From Malacoraja senta (lineage: Eukaryota), in NCBI GenBank assembly GCA_038087875.1, contig CM075979.1, forward strand, positions 86,552,001-86,616,000: a stretch of 64,000 nucleotides of DNA, given 5' to 3'. Positions 24,447-36,800 of the stretch are shown piece by piece. Both the position numbers and the translations under genes were made by a program. Position 1 is the first letter of the stretch, and each line of letters opens with the position of its first letter. The notes beneath the pieces were generated by a model. It ran no database searches. It saw only the letters and a list, made by a program, of their open reading frames with translations, and was not told where the DNA came from.

Positions 24447-27400
24447 TGGGAGAATGTAATTCTAAATTCTGGAGAAAAAAGGCTTAATCACTCCTCGTAT
24501 TACAAACTCGCCATACCATGAATTGTTCTTATTAACCTCAGCTGTACTACCTTTGGTACAAATATATCCTTCCTTAGGTAGAGAAACTAGACTTGAAGAC
24601 ATTATTCAATGTTCAGCCATGATCACAATGAATGGCGGTACTGGCTCGAGGGGCCGAATGGCCTCCTGCACCTATTTTCTATGTGTAGTTTCACCAGGTC
24701 TCTATAATTGGAGAACTACACCTTCACGCTGATACTCAAATTTTCTTGCAATAATGATGAATATAACAATAGCCTTTCTAATTGCTTGCCTTCTCCATCC
24801 ACACTCAAATCATTCATGTATATCACAAATAGCAAAGGTTTTAGCACTAATTCCTGTGGAACACCACCATTCACAGGCAGTCGATCACATTAACAATTCT
24901 CTGTTGAATCCAATTTGCCAACATGACCTGGATTCCATGGGCCTAACTTTTTGGACCAATCTTATCAAAGGCCTTGCCAAAGTCCAAGTAAACTACAACT
25001 ACATGTAGTTCCGCTAGAATGCGATAGTTGCGTGCTTAAGAGACCTTGTGTTATAAAGACAATTGTGTCAATGCGAGAAGTGGTAAGGAGCTGGAGAGTT
25101 TCAGACTATCCATAACAATGTTATTTTCCCACAAGATTTTCAAAAGTCTTTTCAATATCATTAAGTTTATTTTATTTACTGTTAAAAATACTAAAGGCAG
25201 TATGGTACATTGTTTAATCGAGTACCGTTACACAAATGGCAATAAAAGCAATTGCTTGTCACTTTTAATGGCCACCCATGAATAAAGTAGCAGCTGTTCT
25301 TAAGGACCCATGGTGCCTGCAGATTATCATGTTTTTTTCCCCCTATTCTAACTAAATCGAAGACATTTTTGTCTGTTTTTCAATTTCCAACATAAATTTA
25401 AAGTGTTTCTGTATTTCCAGATCAAAATAGTTTTCTATCCAATTCAGACTGCAAGTGTTCTCTAATTAATCACTCACATTATACCCAATTCATAATATGG
25501 AAACTGTTAGAGCAGAACTACCTGCACGGCAAGGTCCTCATGAATACACACTGTTACCTCTTCATAGAATTCAATCAGATTGGACAGACAAGATCTGCTT
25601 TGACATGGACATGCTCTGATTAGTCCTTGTATTTCCAATGATCATTAAGAGTTTTCTTCAATACATTCTCTGCACACAGGTGTGTTATTTTCAGGCTTTT
25701 CTCTGTTTCCTTTCTTGAAAAGAGATACTGCATTTGCTGTCCTCCAGTTATCTGCTAACTTGCTTGTCGGCAGTGAAAATTAAAGATTTTCAGCCAGAGG
25801 CCAAGCAACCCTTCCTTCCCATAGCAGCCTGAGGTAAATCTCACCTAGCCCCAGCGATTTAGCCACCTTTAATCCTATTTCAGCCTTAAACGTTCCTCTT
25901 TGCTGAGTTCTCCATCTGCAAAGTCCATTTCTTTGTGAATGCTAATGAAATGTATTCACTTAGGACTTCACCAAAATCTTCTGGTTTCACAGATTGCCCT
26001 CATTGTACCTAAGGGGCCCACACTTTTTACAGATATTCTATGGTCCTTGATATACTTTTAAAACACCTTTGGATTTACCTAATCTTATCTGCCAGTGATG
26101 TTTTGTGACTTTTCTTTACCTTCCTGATTTTTTAAAGCATTTCCTTACCCATGTTATATTCTTGACAGGCCTTCGCTGATTTTAGTTTCCTAAACCTGCA
26201 GCATGCTTCCTTTTGTTCTTCTCCTTATCCAACCCTTGTTATCCCATGTCATCCAGGGTTCCATTGGCTTTCACCCTTAAAGGTGATCTTACATTTTCAT
26301 ATTTAATTCTATCTTGTGTGACATTTTGTCAAAGGCCTTTTGAAAACCCAAATACGTTGCAATAACTAATTCAGCCTTATCTATTCCTCGAAGTAGAATT
26401 GCAGCAGATTTGTTCAACATGATTTATCTTTCTTAAATATATATTGAGTTTGTCCAAGGTTATTGTTGTGTTTCATAAGACCAGTTAACATTTCTGTACT
26501 AATTGATTCAACATTTTCCCCAGTACTTTTGTTCAGCTGACTGATCTAGAGTTCAGCCACCTCATGGATGAAGTTCATTGGATCCTCACAATTTCTCACC
26601 TTTTCAATCCCATTATTTTCTCCATGATTAATTTTTTGCTCAAAGGTAAACACTTTCAGTTCCAACTAGATCTGTGCTCTTCCATCTGTATCTAGATTTA
26701 CTATGGATTCCTCCTTGAAATGAGGCACAAACTATTTGTTTAATTTCTCTCCTAATTCCATTTCCTTATTCCTTAATATCATGTATCCTTTTTCAACATA
26801 AACCTGCATTAAATTTTGACAAACTTTTCTTTTTCAAAATTCTTCAGAAGCTCATCCAATCTGTTTATATTTCTTGCTAGCCTACTCTTGTAACTTGCTA
26901 ATCCTTTCCTTAGTGGTCCTCGTTTGCTAATTTCTTAATGTTTCCAATCCTCAAGCTTACTTACTTTCTGAGCCATTATGCCTTTTGCTTTGATCTTGTG
27001 CTGTCTTTAATTTTGCTTGAAAGCTTTGGGTGGACCACTTTCCCTGTTGTTCTTTTTTGCCTCAAAGAGATATATTTATTTCTTCTAAACAACAAATTAT
27101 TCTTCAAATGTTAGTCATTGCTTGTTAACTGCCTACCTTTTTAATGTATTTTCCCAGTCTCCCACAGCTGACGTGCTTCATGCCCTCAAAGTTTGTTTCA
27201 TTTAGATTTAAGACACAGATTTCAGTTTGACCTAAATAACTTTAAATTGTTTTATCATATTAGTGTGCACAGTAGTGATCGCAAGTCCAATGATAGTTGG
27301 CAGACATGGGTTTGTCTTTTCTCAAAGTTGCATCACTATTTCAGGAATCATATGTTGCAACTTTTTGAGTTTTTATAAAATCTAGAGATTGTATTTTTGG

Positions 27401-28711
27401 ACATAAATACCATCAAACTATAATCTGTGTTCCAATATTGTAAAAATAATGAACATTCTGCTACCTCATTCTATTTTTACTTATGTGGTTCAAAAAGGCT
27501 AATTTTCCAATGGTTTTGTTCTGGAGCCTTTCTGTTTCAACATTTTTTTTGTTATTTAAGAAGCAGTTAAATAACATTGAATAAAAAATAGTCTTTGATC
27601 TTTTTAAATTCCTGATCTGTCATAACCAGATGGTGAGTCTGATCAATGTTCTTGATAATGAAGATAATGTTTCTTTAAAAATGTATGGAATTAAGTTCTT
27701 AATGCTTATGTACAAATAACTCTGAATTAGCTGTAAAATGTAACTTAATAACTGAAGCTGATCATAGCATATTTGTAGAACAGCTTTGGGAAACTTGGAT
27801 GCATTCACTGACCTCTCATTTTCAACTTCAACTCATGCATTGAGACAGTGAAGTTGAAATATGGGAGTTGCATAAACTAGTTATGTGTATATCTAAAGGA
27901 CATGGTTCTGAATGTTATACATCTAACTCAAACATTTGAGTAGTTATTCATACAAAACAAACAAAATATACACAATGCAAGGGGAAGTATTGAGGGTCAG
28001 ACTGAAGTTGTCTCATAAAAAAAGATCATCTTGCAGAAATGTCCATTGAATGGTTAAATAAAAATATTTAAAGTATTATTATCTTCTACTTCCAATCTTG
28101 CAGACACTTTGATCTGTCAACACTTTCTATGAAAATATTAAGAAAATATGCAGTGGTGGGTTAATTGGAGTATTTTTTTTAACCAACTTGAATTACTTTG
28201 GGGAAGAGTGCAGGATTAATTTTCAATTACTGCCTCTTAAATGAAATGTAAACTGAAACTGAAGTTGTTGTCTTTCAGCCTGTAGTTATGGGTTCTTGTC
28301 CAAGGTAAAATATGTCCAGGGTAAAATTTTGTAGCCACAATATGGAGATTGATTGTATCACTAATAATGTAACATATTATTTATCTTAATTCAGAATTAC
28401 ATTTCTGATATTAACAGAACTTTTGAGTGGGGAGCAAAACAGTTTTCAAGATGGATAACATTGGATAGAATCTAACTTGACATTATGTTGAGGAGAGATC
28501 CATACTGGTAAAAAAAACTAAGTATTTGTCAAGAGAATGAGTTGAATCCTGCTTGGCCTTGGCTAGGATATGTTCACAGGAGTTATTTTAATCAACTTTG
28601 CTGCCATATTTGCTCTCAACTAAATATTAGAATAGGGTAATATGATCAAAAATCAGTTCAAGTAAAGCTTACTGTACTTAACCATAATAATATCAAGTTA
28701 AATCATTGTCT

Positions 28712-30347
28712 ACCTCTCACTATGGCTGGGAGAGTGCAGTCGGTGAAGATGACTGTACTACCCAGATTTCTTTATTTGTTCCAATGTTTGCCGGTCTTCC
28801 TATCCAAGTCATTTTTTAACTCAGTTAACCAATCTATAACCTCCTTTATATGGGGTAACAAGGTTCCAAGGGTCAATAAGTTCACTCTCCAAAGAGTTCG
28901 TGAAGTAGGTGGACTGGGCCTTCCTAGCTTTATTCATTATTACTGGGCATACAATATCCAAAAGATATTATTCTGGCTCCACCGACCAGATACAGACTGG
29001 TGTCTGCTTGAGTCACAGTCTTGTTATTCCTCGTCTCTCCCAGCTTTAGTATATTCCTCCCTGCCATTGAAACTCTCTCGATTTACATCCAACCCTGTCG
29101 TACTATCCACCATCAAAATTTTTAATCAATTTTGTTGCCATTATAAGTTTACATCAGCTTCAGTTTTGGGTCCCATTCACAGTAACCATTTACTCCCCCC
29201 CTCCACACTTGACTCAACCTTTAGACAGTGAGGTTTGAATGGTCTTATGTGCATTAAGGATTTATACACTAACAACATATTTGATAGTTTTGATAACCTA
29301 CACAAAAAACATGGCCTCCCACATAATAATTTCTTTAAATATCTTCAGGTCCGTCACTTTGCCATGAAAAAATTTCCCTCTTTTCCTGATCCCCCGCATG
29401 TCACAGTGTTGGATAAACTCACGTTTACCTTTGCAAATAAAGGACTGATCTCTGTAGTATATTCTCAACTGATGTCTTTAGATCAAAACCTGAACAAAGT
29501 TAAAGCTAGGAGGGAGGACGACCTTGGTAAAGATCTGTCTGAGGAATGCTGGACAGAAGCACTGAAAAGAGTCCATTCCTCGTCATCATGTGCTAGATTG
29601 GGGCTCATACAATTTAAAGTTTTACACAGGGTTCATTTAAGTAAAGCCAGGCTTGCTGACATATATCCGGGGACAGACGCTGGCTGTGACAGGTGCTCCA
29701 TCTCTCCAGCCAATCTAGCTCATGCATTCTGGTCTTGCCCCAAACTTGATAACTACTAGGCAGTGGTTTTTAAAACCATCAGTGAAGTCCTTGGGATGAC
29801 AGTGAGATCTTGCCCGCTTGTAGTTGTATTTGGTGTAGCAGATAAAACCTTGGGTTTAAATACAACCCAGTCTGATATAATTATATTTACATCACTTTTG
29901 GCCCGTAGGAGAATCTTGCTGGTGTGGAAATCTACCACTCCTCCATCTGCTGCTGCTTGGCTGGAAGACATGATGGGTTTTTTAAGACTAGAAAAGATTA
30001 AATTCACATTGAGGGGGTCTGTGAAAAAGTTTTATTTGAAATGGGAACACTTTTTATCATACTTTGAGGGTCTAAAGGAATTACCTATTGTCTGAGGGCA
30101 CTTGACAGTAAGTGGGGAGCCGCCTTTATTCTGTTTTGTTACTTTATTATTGTTAAAATGTGCATTTGTATTTGTGATATATTTGTATTATGAAAACATT
30201 AGCTGCCAAGGGGTGTTTAGGGAGAGTGGGTAAGGGTTATTTTATTTTATTTTGTTATTATATATAAAAAACAAAATGGAGGGAAATGTAATGCAATATG
30301 TCAGATGTACTGTAAAAAAAAATTTCCTCCAATAAAAATAAATTAAA
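28712..30347 (+). mobile_element. L1-clade LINE, 5'-truncated ORF2 C-terminus
   Basis: ORFs 28722-29231, 29235-29759 and 29763-30095 share one frame; LPRFLYLFQ, GGLGLP, zinc knuckle CDRC..LAHAFWSC; A-rich tail; TSD taaatcattgtct at 28699-28711 and 30348-30360. Confidence 0.93.
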
Positions 30348-31471
30348 TAAATCATTGTCTCTCCATGCAAGTTTGGATTAGGGGTGATCATCTTGGGTTG
30401 TACTCGCTTGTCTCACATTTTCTTTTTTTTGCTTTCAAATGGTACAGACATCACATAAGGGCACAGGATGTCAAGTGATTCAAGTAAAAATATCTCCACA
30501 AGATTGCTGCCATAATAGTTTGAATTAACTTAGCGAAAAAGCGTAAGAAAAATAATTTGAACTGTACTTTGGAAAGTAAAAACTTTCAGTTTCCTGTTAA
30601 GTGTTAACTTCCTGTCCGTCCTGACGGACAGGCCCAATTAACACAAACAGTTTTACAGGCCTGCAACCAGGACATCCCTTGCAGATTTAATGGTAACTAC
30701 TGACCTGCTGATTAGTGTAAAGTGGCATGTGAGTACTTAAGTAACTAATTCAAATAAAGTTGTCTTCTACTCATTATCTACTCCAAAATATCCAGCTCTT
30801 ATTGACATACAAGCTCAGCGGATGAATGCCTGATGGGTTCCCCACTTCGTTTTTATTCTTCCCCATTCCCCCTCCCACCTCCCACCTCCATTGAATGCCA
30901 CTGAGATTGACGATGAGAATCAAAATATACAATTTGTTGTGTTGTATAATAGCAGTATCTCTTGTCGATGCTGTTAAGATTGTTAGGAATTTTAAAGCTT
31001 AGGTTGGATGGACACAATTAAAATACTTAATATTTGATGCTTGCATCGAATCATAGAATTCATAGAAATCTAACAAATTTTAATACAAACATTGGTCCCT
31101 TCCAATGCTTACTGGGTCTCTGCAAGTGAAGTACGTTGTCCCTTTTCCTGTCCTTTCCCTGGAATTTCATTTTCTTTCAATTTACTCTTGAAAGCCAAGA
31201 TTGAATTTGTTTCTATCTCTTTGTCAGGCAATACAGCCTTGATATTCTGCATACATTTTTTTTTTTTAATTCATGTTGCCTTTGATTATTTTGCCAGTAA
31301 CCTTTTTTGCCCTGTGGTTCTTGGTTATTCCATCAGTGAGAATGTTTTTCCATCTCTTTTGTCTGAATACCTCACTATTTTGGGCTCCTACATTACACCT
31401 CCTCTCTACATTCTCTGCAATAGGAAGATCAATTCCATATGCTCTAGTCTTCCCCTTTTTTATTTTCTATA

Positions 31472-32011
31472 CTAGACCAAGTGCAGACCTATTGGGTCTG
31501 CTCCCCCAACGCAAGATTCCACTCTCGTTTAAGAGAGGGGTAGAGAGAGAGAGAGGTGCAGAGAGGGAGAGGGGTAGAGGGAGAGAGGGAGGGGGTAGAG
31601 TGGGGGGGGAGAGTGGGGGTAGATAGGGAGGGGGCAGCTGCCGCACGAGCACTGGAGTGGCCCTCCCTCCCGGAGTATCCCGTCCTGCCTTGCGAGTGCA
31701 TTGTGACGTCACTCGGGGTTTTTTTCCCGAAATGGGTGAGTTTTCGGGCTGTTTTTAAAACTTTAAACGATTAATAGCTTTGGAAATATAGGTGGGAATG
31801 CGACGGGAAGATGTTTATCGCCTTGACGGGAAAAATGTGAGTAGGATATGTGAAAATGAGAAGTGTGGCCTAGCATTTGGAAGAAAATAGGAATTAACCA
31901 CACACACACAGCCACACACACACAGCCACACACACACACACACACACACAGCCACACACACAGCCACACACACAGCCACAAACAAGACAAAGAGTTTTAG
32001 TATTATAGAGA
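31472..32011 (-). mobile_element. Non-autonomous Helitron (complete) with internal GA-rich and (CA)n repeats
   Basis: Minus strand: host A | TCTCTATAATACTAAAAC ... hairpin GCAGACC-CAATA-GGTCTGC, ACTTGGT, CTAG | host T; no TSD. Confidence 0.85.
31899..31980. repeat. Interrupted (CA)n / (CAGCCACACACA)n microsatellite inside Helitron
   Basis: Direct reading. Confidence 0.9.
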
Positions 32012-32057
32012 TAATTACAGAATGTGGGCAGTAATGTCAAACTCAGCATTTACTGTC

Positions 32058-32137
32058 CAAAGCCTGAAGAAGGGTCCCGACCCAAAACGTCACCTATCCA
32101 CAGCCTGACACACTGTTACTCCAGCACTTTGTGCCTT
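32058..32137 (+). mobile_element. Hammerhead-headed Penelope-derived short element (internally deleted)
   Basis: TSD ttta(c/t)tgtc at 32049-32057 and 32138-32146; CTGAAGA at 32064. Confidence 0.78.
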
Positions 32138-34261
32138 TTTATTGTCTGCCTCTGCTTGCTCTTTAGCCTTCTTAAAACAATGATCATTAAAACACAGGGC
32201 TAATTATGAATCGCATACTCGCAGAGAAAGAGAATAAAAGCTACATTTTGTATACTCTCCGGTGACGTGCTTACTGTGATTGGGACCATTGAATCATCTT
32301 TCATACCACTTTAAATTGTCTTCTATTCTGTTTTAATAATAACATTTCACCTAATTTCTATGTTACTTGGTGCATGAATAAACGTACCATCAAATGATTC
32401 AATATCAAATAAAAGTGCAATTTTTGTTTTAGGTTTAAAAGGAAATAGTTTTCATGGATGTTGCAAACTAAACAAATTCCAACTTGATTTCTACCAGTTG
32501 CATCTTTTGGAGTCCGATGATGAAGAATAAATGTCTGCAGATTTCCCAGTACTAGGGTTGTGTACTGCTATTATTCTATTACCAGATCAGACCTGACACA
32601 GGAGCAATAAGCCCATTCATTTGAATGCAGAATAATGGCTAGAAGATAAAGATCAATTATGCTTTTTTTTTTAATTTAATTGAGTTACTTTAGGTATGGT
32701 TAGTTATTTTGCGGAAGTTTTCCAGTGTAATTATTTTTTTCATTTCCTTGTGTATTGTATTTTAATAGTTCTGGGATGTATATGAAAGCTCATGAATGTC
32801 CCCAATATACACACAAACGCTCAATAACTTTGACATCTTTGACAGCTTTCAACACAGTAGACATGGCAATACTGACTTACAGAGTATCTATCTCTCTGGG
32901 ATTGCCAATCAGTGGGGCCCTGCATTGTTTTCAACTTTGCCAAATGGCTAAGGGCTGGTTTCTTTGTGAAGGTTCACACTGTGGAAACTACTGGAGAGGA
33001 GGACAGGTTCAGTGGGGAGGTAACCAAGGCTAACAAACGGGTAGGTAGGATTTTTGTTCCAAAATCAGTTCTTAGGAAGTGCTAGGCCATGTGGATTTTC
33101 TGGCTTTTGTGGTTATCCTTCACCAACTGAGCTCTTTCTGCAGCCCTTCCCAAAAACTGATTGACTGTAATAAATACAATCGATCTCTTGTCACTTTGAC
33201 CTCATGGATTCTTTGAGGATCAAATCTTTTTTATCTTTTAAAACTATTTATATTTCACAAATAAAATTGCTGTTCTCAGTTTGGTTTAAAATAAATAAGA
33301 TATGTGTATGTTTTGAAAGGCTAGTTTAATTATTTAAGATTTATTTACTAATTTGACTACACTATCTTCATGGTGAATTATTGTTTATGAACTGATCTGA
33401 AGAAACTGTTGACTTAAACTTTAAAAAAATATCCCTCGTCGTGTCACAAACCTTTTCCGGCAGTTTGGAAGTTTTCTTAATGTTCCACATGCTTGTGTTG
33501 TGGCCAACTAAAACAAAAGAAAAAGATCAAAAGTTTTAAATGGAGAAATGTGATTGGGTGTCCATGTAACTGCCGAAACATGAAGTGCTTTTGGACCCTT
33601 CTGCCGTGATTGTCGGTGGGCAGATTTGGCAGGGTCATGTTGATTAAGTCTTCGTGAAAAGATTAACAAAATAAACTCCAGAAAGAAACTTGACTAATTT
33701 AATTATTAAACCAGCAGCTGCGCAATTCTGTTGGCGGTCTTGGATAATAAATTTTCTGTGCTTTTTATTATTATTGTTCCCCTCCCCCCCCCCCCCCCCC
33801 CCACCCTTTCCAACTGCCCTATTTATGAGAAGCTGTTTTCTCTTAAGTTCATTCTATATTTAGGATTATGATCAAGGGTCCATGACTGTTGGGCTCAAGG
33901 CTATAAACTAGTTTGCAACATTATCTGTTTTTCCATGTAGTACAATGCATAGCTTTGGAGTACAGGAGATGGTATGAGTTGTTATTGTAAAATGAAAGGA
34001 CTTTCTTTGTGTTTGCCAGATTATACTCCTCCTGCATTTCATTTGTAAAATGCACATTGTTTTATTTTGTGTTCAACATCAGGATAGACATCCTGAAAAA
34101 CGTATTTGATTCCGTTTGGGACTGGATTTTCACCACTGTCTCAAATAATGTTTGATCTTGCAGTTAAGATCACTAATACTCTTCAATCTCTGCCTCATTC
34201 TTATGCTGCTACGATTCTCAAATTTGTTAGCTGCCGGCCAACCAATTTCAACACATTCCTG

Positions 34262-34432
34262 TGCAGGAAGGAACTGCAGATACTGGTTTAAACCGAAGGT
34301 GGACACAAAATGCAGGAGTTACTCAGCGGGACAGGCAGCATCTCTGGACAGAAGGAATGGGAAATGTCACCCATTCCTTCTCGCCAGAGATGCTGCCTGT
34401 CCCGCTGAGTTACTCCAGCATTTTGTGTCTAC
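34262..34432. mobile_element. Fold-back Penelope-derived short element
   Basis: TSD caacacatt(c/t)ctg at 34249-34261 and 34433-34445; long minus arm, short plus arm, junction gaatggg-aaatgtcacccattc. Confidence 0.9.
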
Positions 34433-34865
34433 CAACACATTTCTGGCTGTACTTCCTTGTTCTGTAAATTTGAGGATATCCAAATCTTTTCTGCCTGCTG
34501 CTTAGCTACCACTGGTACCACTGTGGTGTCACCTATGTTTGCTGCAAGTTAAGTCATGCTTTAATTCTAAAATTCCCATCTTTTTTCATCACTCCATTCC
34601 TTTGGCTCTGAAATCTCCTCCAACGATCCCACAACTCTCTGATAAATGTATTGATTCTTCAGTTCTGGTCTCTTGATCATTTGTAAATTTAATTGCTTCA
34701 CCGTTGGAAACATGGGCAACAGGAGAGATTGGGCCTTAAAAGTGTTCAGAGTTTTTGGTGTGGGAGCTATTAGTCTTTTGCAATGATATAAATGTTGTGT
34801 TTCATGACTGTTGGCAGACTAATTTCCCTCCTGGGATAAATAAAGTTCTATCATATCGTATCTAA

Positions 34866-35080
34866 GGTTCAACACAAAGTGCTGGAGGACCACAATGGGT
34901 CAGGCAGCATCTCCGTAGGAAATGGAGAGGTGCTGCTCCCTCTCTATGATTCATGATGTTTGGCCATGTTCTGACCTTGCCTCTCCATTCCCTCCATAGA
35001 TGCTGCCTGACTCGTTGAGTTACTCCAGCACTTTGTGTTTTACTCAAAATTCCAGCATCTTCAGGTCCTTCTGTCTTTCT
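34866..35080. mobile_element. Older fold-back Penelope-derived element
   Basis: acacaaagtgctggag...ggcagcatctc and gatgctgcctgac...tactccagcactttgtgt arms. Confidence 0.7.
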
Positions 35081-35446
35081 AACTTTTTAGGCTATTGCTT
35101 TTTGAAAAAATGACTTGAGAATGTGAATGTCCAGTGAATTAATGAGATGTGTTGTCTCTTGGGCATGACCAAGTGGATCACAGTTTAGCATAGATCCACT
35201 CTCCATTCAATTCCGGAACTCTAAAATCATATAGCTCATCGGTACTGTTGTTTTAACCAGGACTAGTAATGCATAGTACAACATACAGAATTAAAACTGT
35301 CTCAGTCTAAATCAAATAAAATCTCTAGGGATGACATAGTGGTCATTATGTTACCCTTGTAAACTTTGCAGAGGTTGGTAAATGCTTTATTCTTTGGAAT
35401 TTTGCAGAGGTGCTTGTTGAACATGTCAGGTGGCATAAAAACATAC

Positions 35447-36195
35447 CAGTCGAGTTGCTGCCTCACAGCCCCAGCATCCCAGGTTCCATTTTAAACACCA
35501 ACGGTGTCTACCTGGAGTTTATACGTTCTCCCTGTGACTATGTTGGCTTCAACATGGTGTTCCAGTTTCTTCCCATGTCCCACAGACATGTGCGGTTGTT
35601 GGTTAACGGGCCACTGTAATCTGCCCTAGTATGGCTCGTGGACTTCGGGAGCCGCGGTCTCCTGGGAGGAAGCGGCCGCTCCAGACACTCCGGGCCGCTG
35701 AGAGTGTTCACCCGACGCCAGAACTCCATCATCCAGCGAGAGGGCCTGAAGCATCGGGCTGTCGTATCGGCGACTGCAGAGGCCTCAATAATAATAATAA
35801 TAATAATAGATTTTATTTATATAGCGCTTTTCAGGACTCAAAGTCGCTAGGCCCGACTACGAGTGAACTGGGGATGGGACTGGACTTTGCTGCCTTCCCC
35901 CACAGTGGGAACCATTGTGGGGGGATGTTTTTATGTTTACTGTTAAATTCTTTGATGTTGTGTCTTATCTTTACTGTGTGCTGCAATGGCAAGTCAAATT
36001 TCACTACACCAATCGGTGTATGTAATAATAAATGTCCTTTGTATCCTTTGTATCCTTGTATGTAGGTGAGTGGTAGAATCTGGGAGGTTGATGAGAATGT
36101 GGGCAGAATAAAGTGGGTTTGTGTAGGATTAGTGAGAATGGGTCCTTGATGGCCAGTTCAGATTCGGTTGACTAATGGACTGTTCCATGCTATAT
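35447..36195 (+). mobile_element. Degenerate V-SINE split by a nested GC-rich retroposon (35634-36057), itself carrying an L2 tail (35787-35848, minus)
   Basis: gagttgctgcctcacagc..ggttccatt..V-domain..gccctagt resumes as tgtaggtgag..; short TSD gtatg; nested element ends aataaa..(tccttt gta)n. Confidence 0.7.
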
Positions 36196-36704
36196 ATAGA
36201 GTTCTGCAGTAGGCAGTCCAGAGAGAGGCAGAGTCCAGCTGTTTCGACTAGGAGCACTCTAGAATTATGGGGAACATGGAACAAAGGGGAACTGAGACCA
36301 AGATAAGTGTGAAGCACTATGAAGCTGGGCTGGTTGTGTTTTTATCTTTTCCTATCAAAATAAAGAATTCCCAAGTCAGCTTTCCATTATTGTTCCATTT
36401 TGCCACCCAAGTACAACACAATTGGATGGCATACAAATGATCAAGTGACCTTTACAGAGGGTGGTGAGACCATTACAATGCAGTTGTTAGCCAGAAGAGC
36501 TGTTTACTTTCTCTAAACATATTGATGAACTTGATCCAGGGGTTTTAATATCAAAACAATAATCTCAAGCGCAGCTTTATTGAATCTGAGTTTTATAGTG
36601 GTTCTTTTTTTCCAGGTTATGTACATACGTAAATGAAAATCTCCCACCTGTAATGGTCAGATTTGAATTTATGCTCTGTCTCATTATTCCAGATAGATAA
36701 ATAA

Positions 36705-36800
36705 GTCTGAAGAATGGTTTCCGCCCGAAACTTTGCCTATTTCCTCCGCTCCATAGATGCTGCCTCACCCGTTGAGTTTCTCCAGCATTTTTGTCTACCT
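36705..36800 (+). mobile_element. Hammerhead-headed Penelope-derived short element (96 bp)
   Basis: Perfect TSD tagataaataa at 36694-36704 and 36801-36811; starts 2 nt before CTGAAGA. Confidence 0.9.

Noticed and set aside
24690-27200. Pyrimidine-rich stretch resembling ancient minus-strand CR1 remains (similar old LINE relics at ~813-1950, ~38760-39900, ~46060-46450)
   Set aside because: Too decayed to give boundaries or family by eye
31273-31990. ORFs across the GA- and CA-rich region
   Set aside because: Low-complexity translations of a non-autonomous Helitron
33781-33806. Poly-C run (also ~58430-58453)
   Set aside because: Simple homopolymers of uncertain assembled length with no further structure
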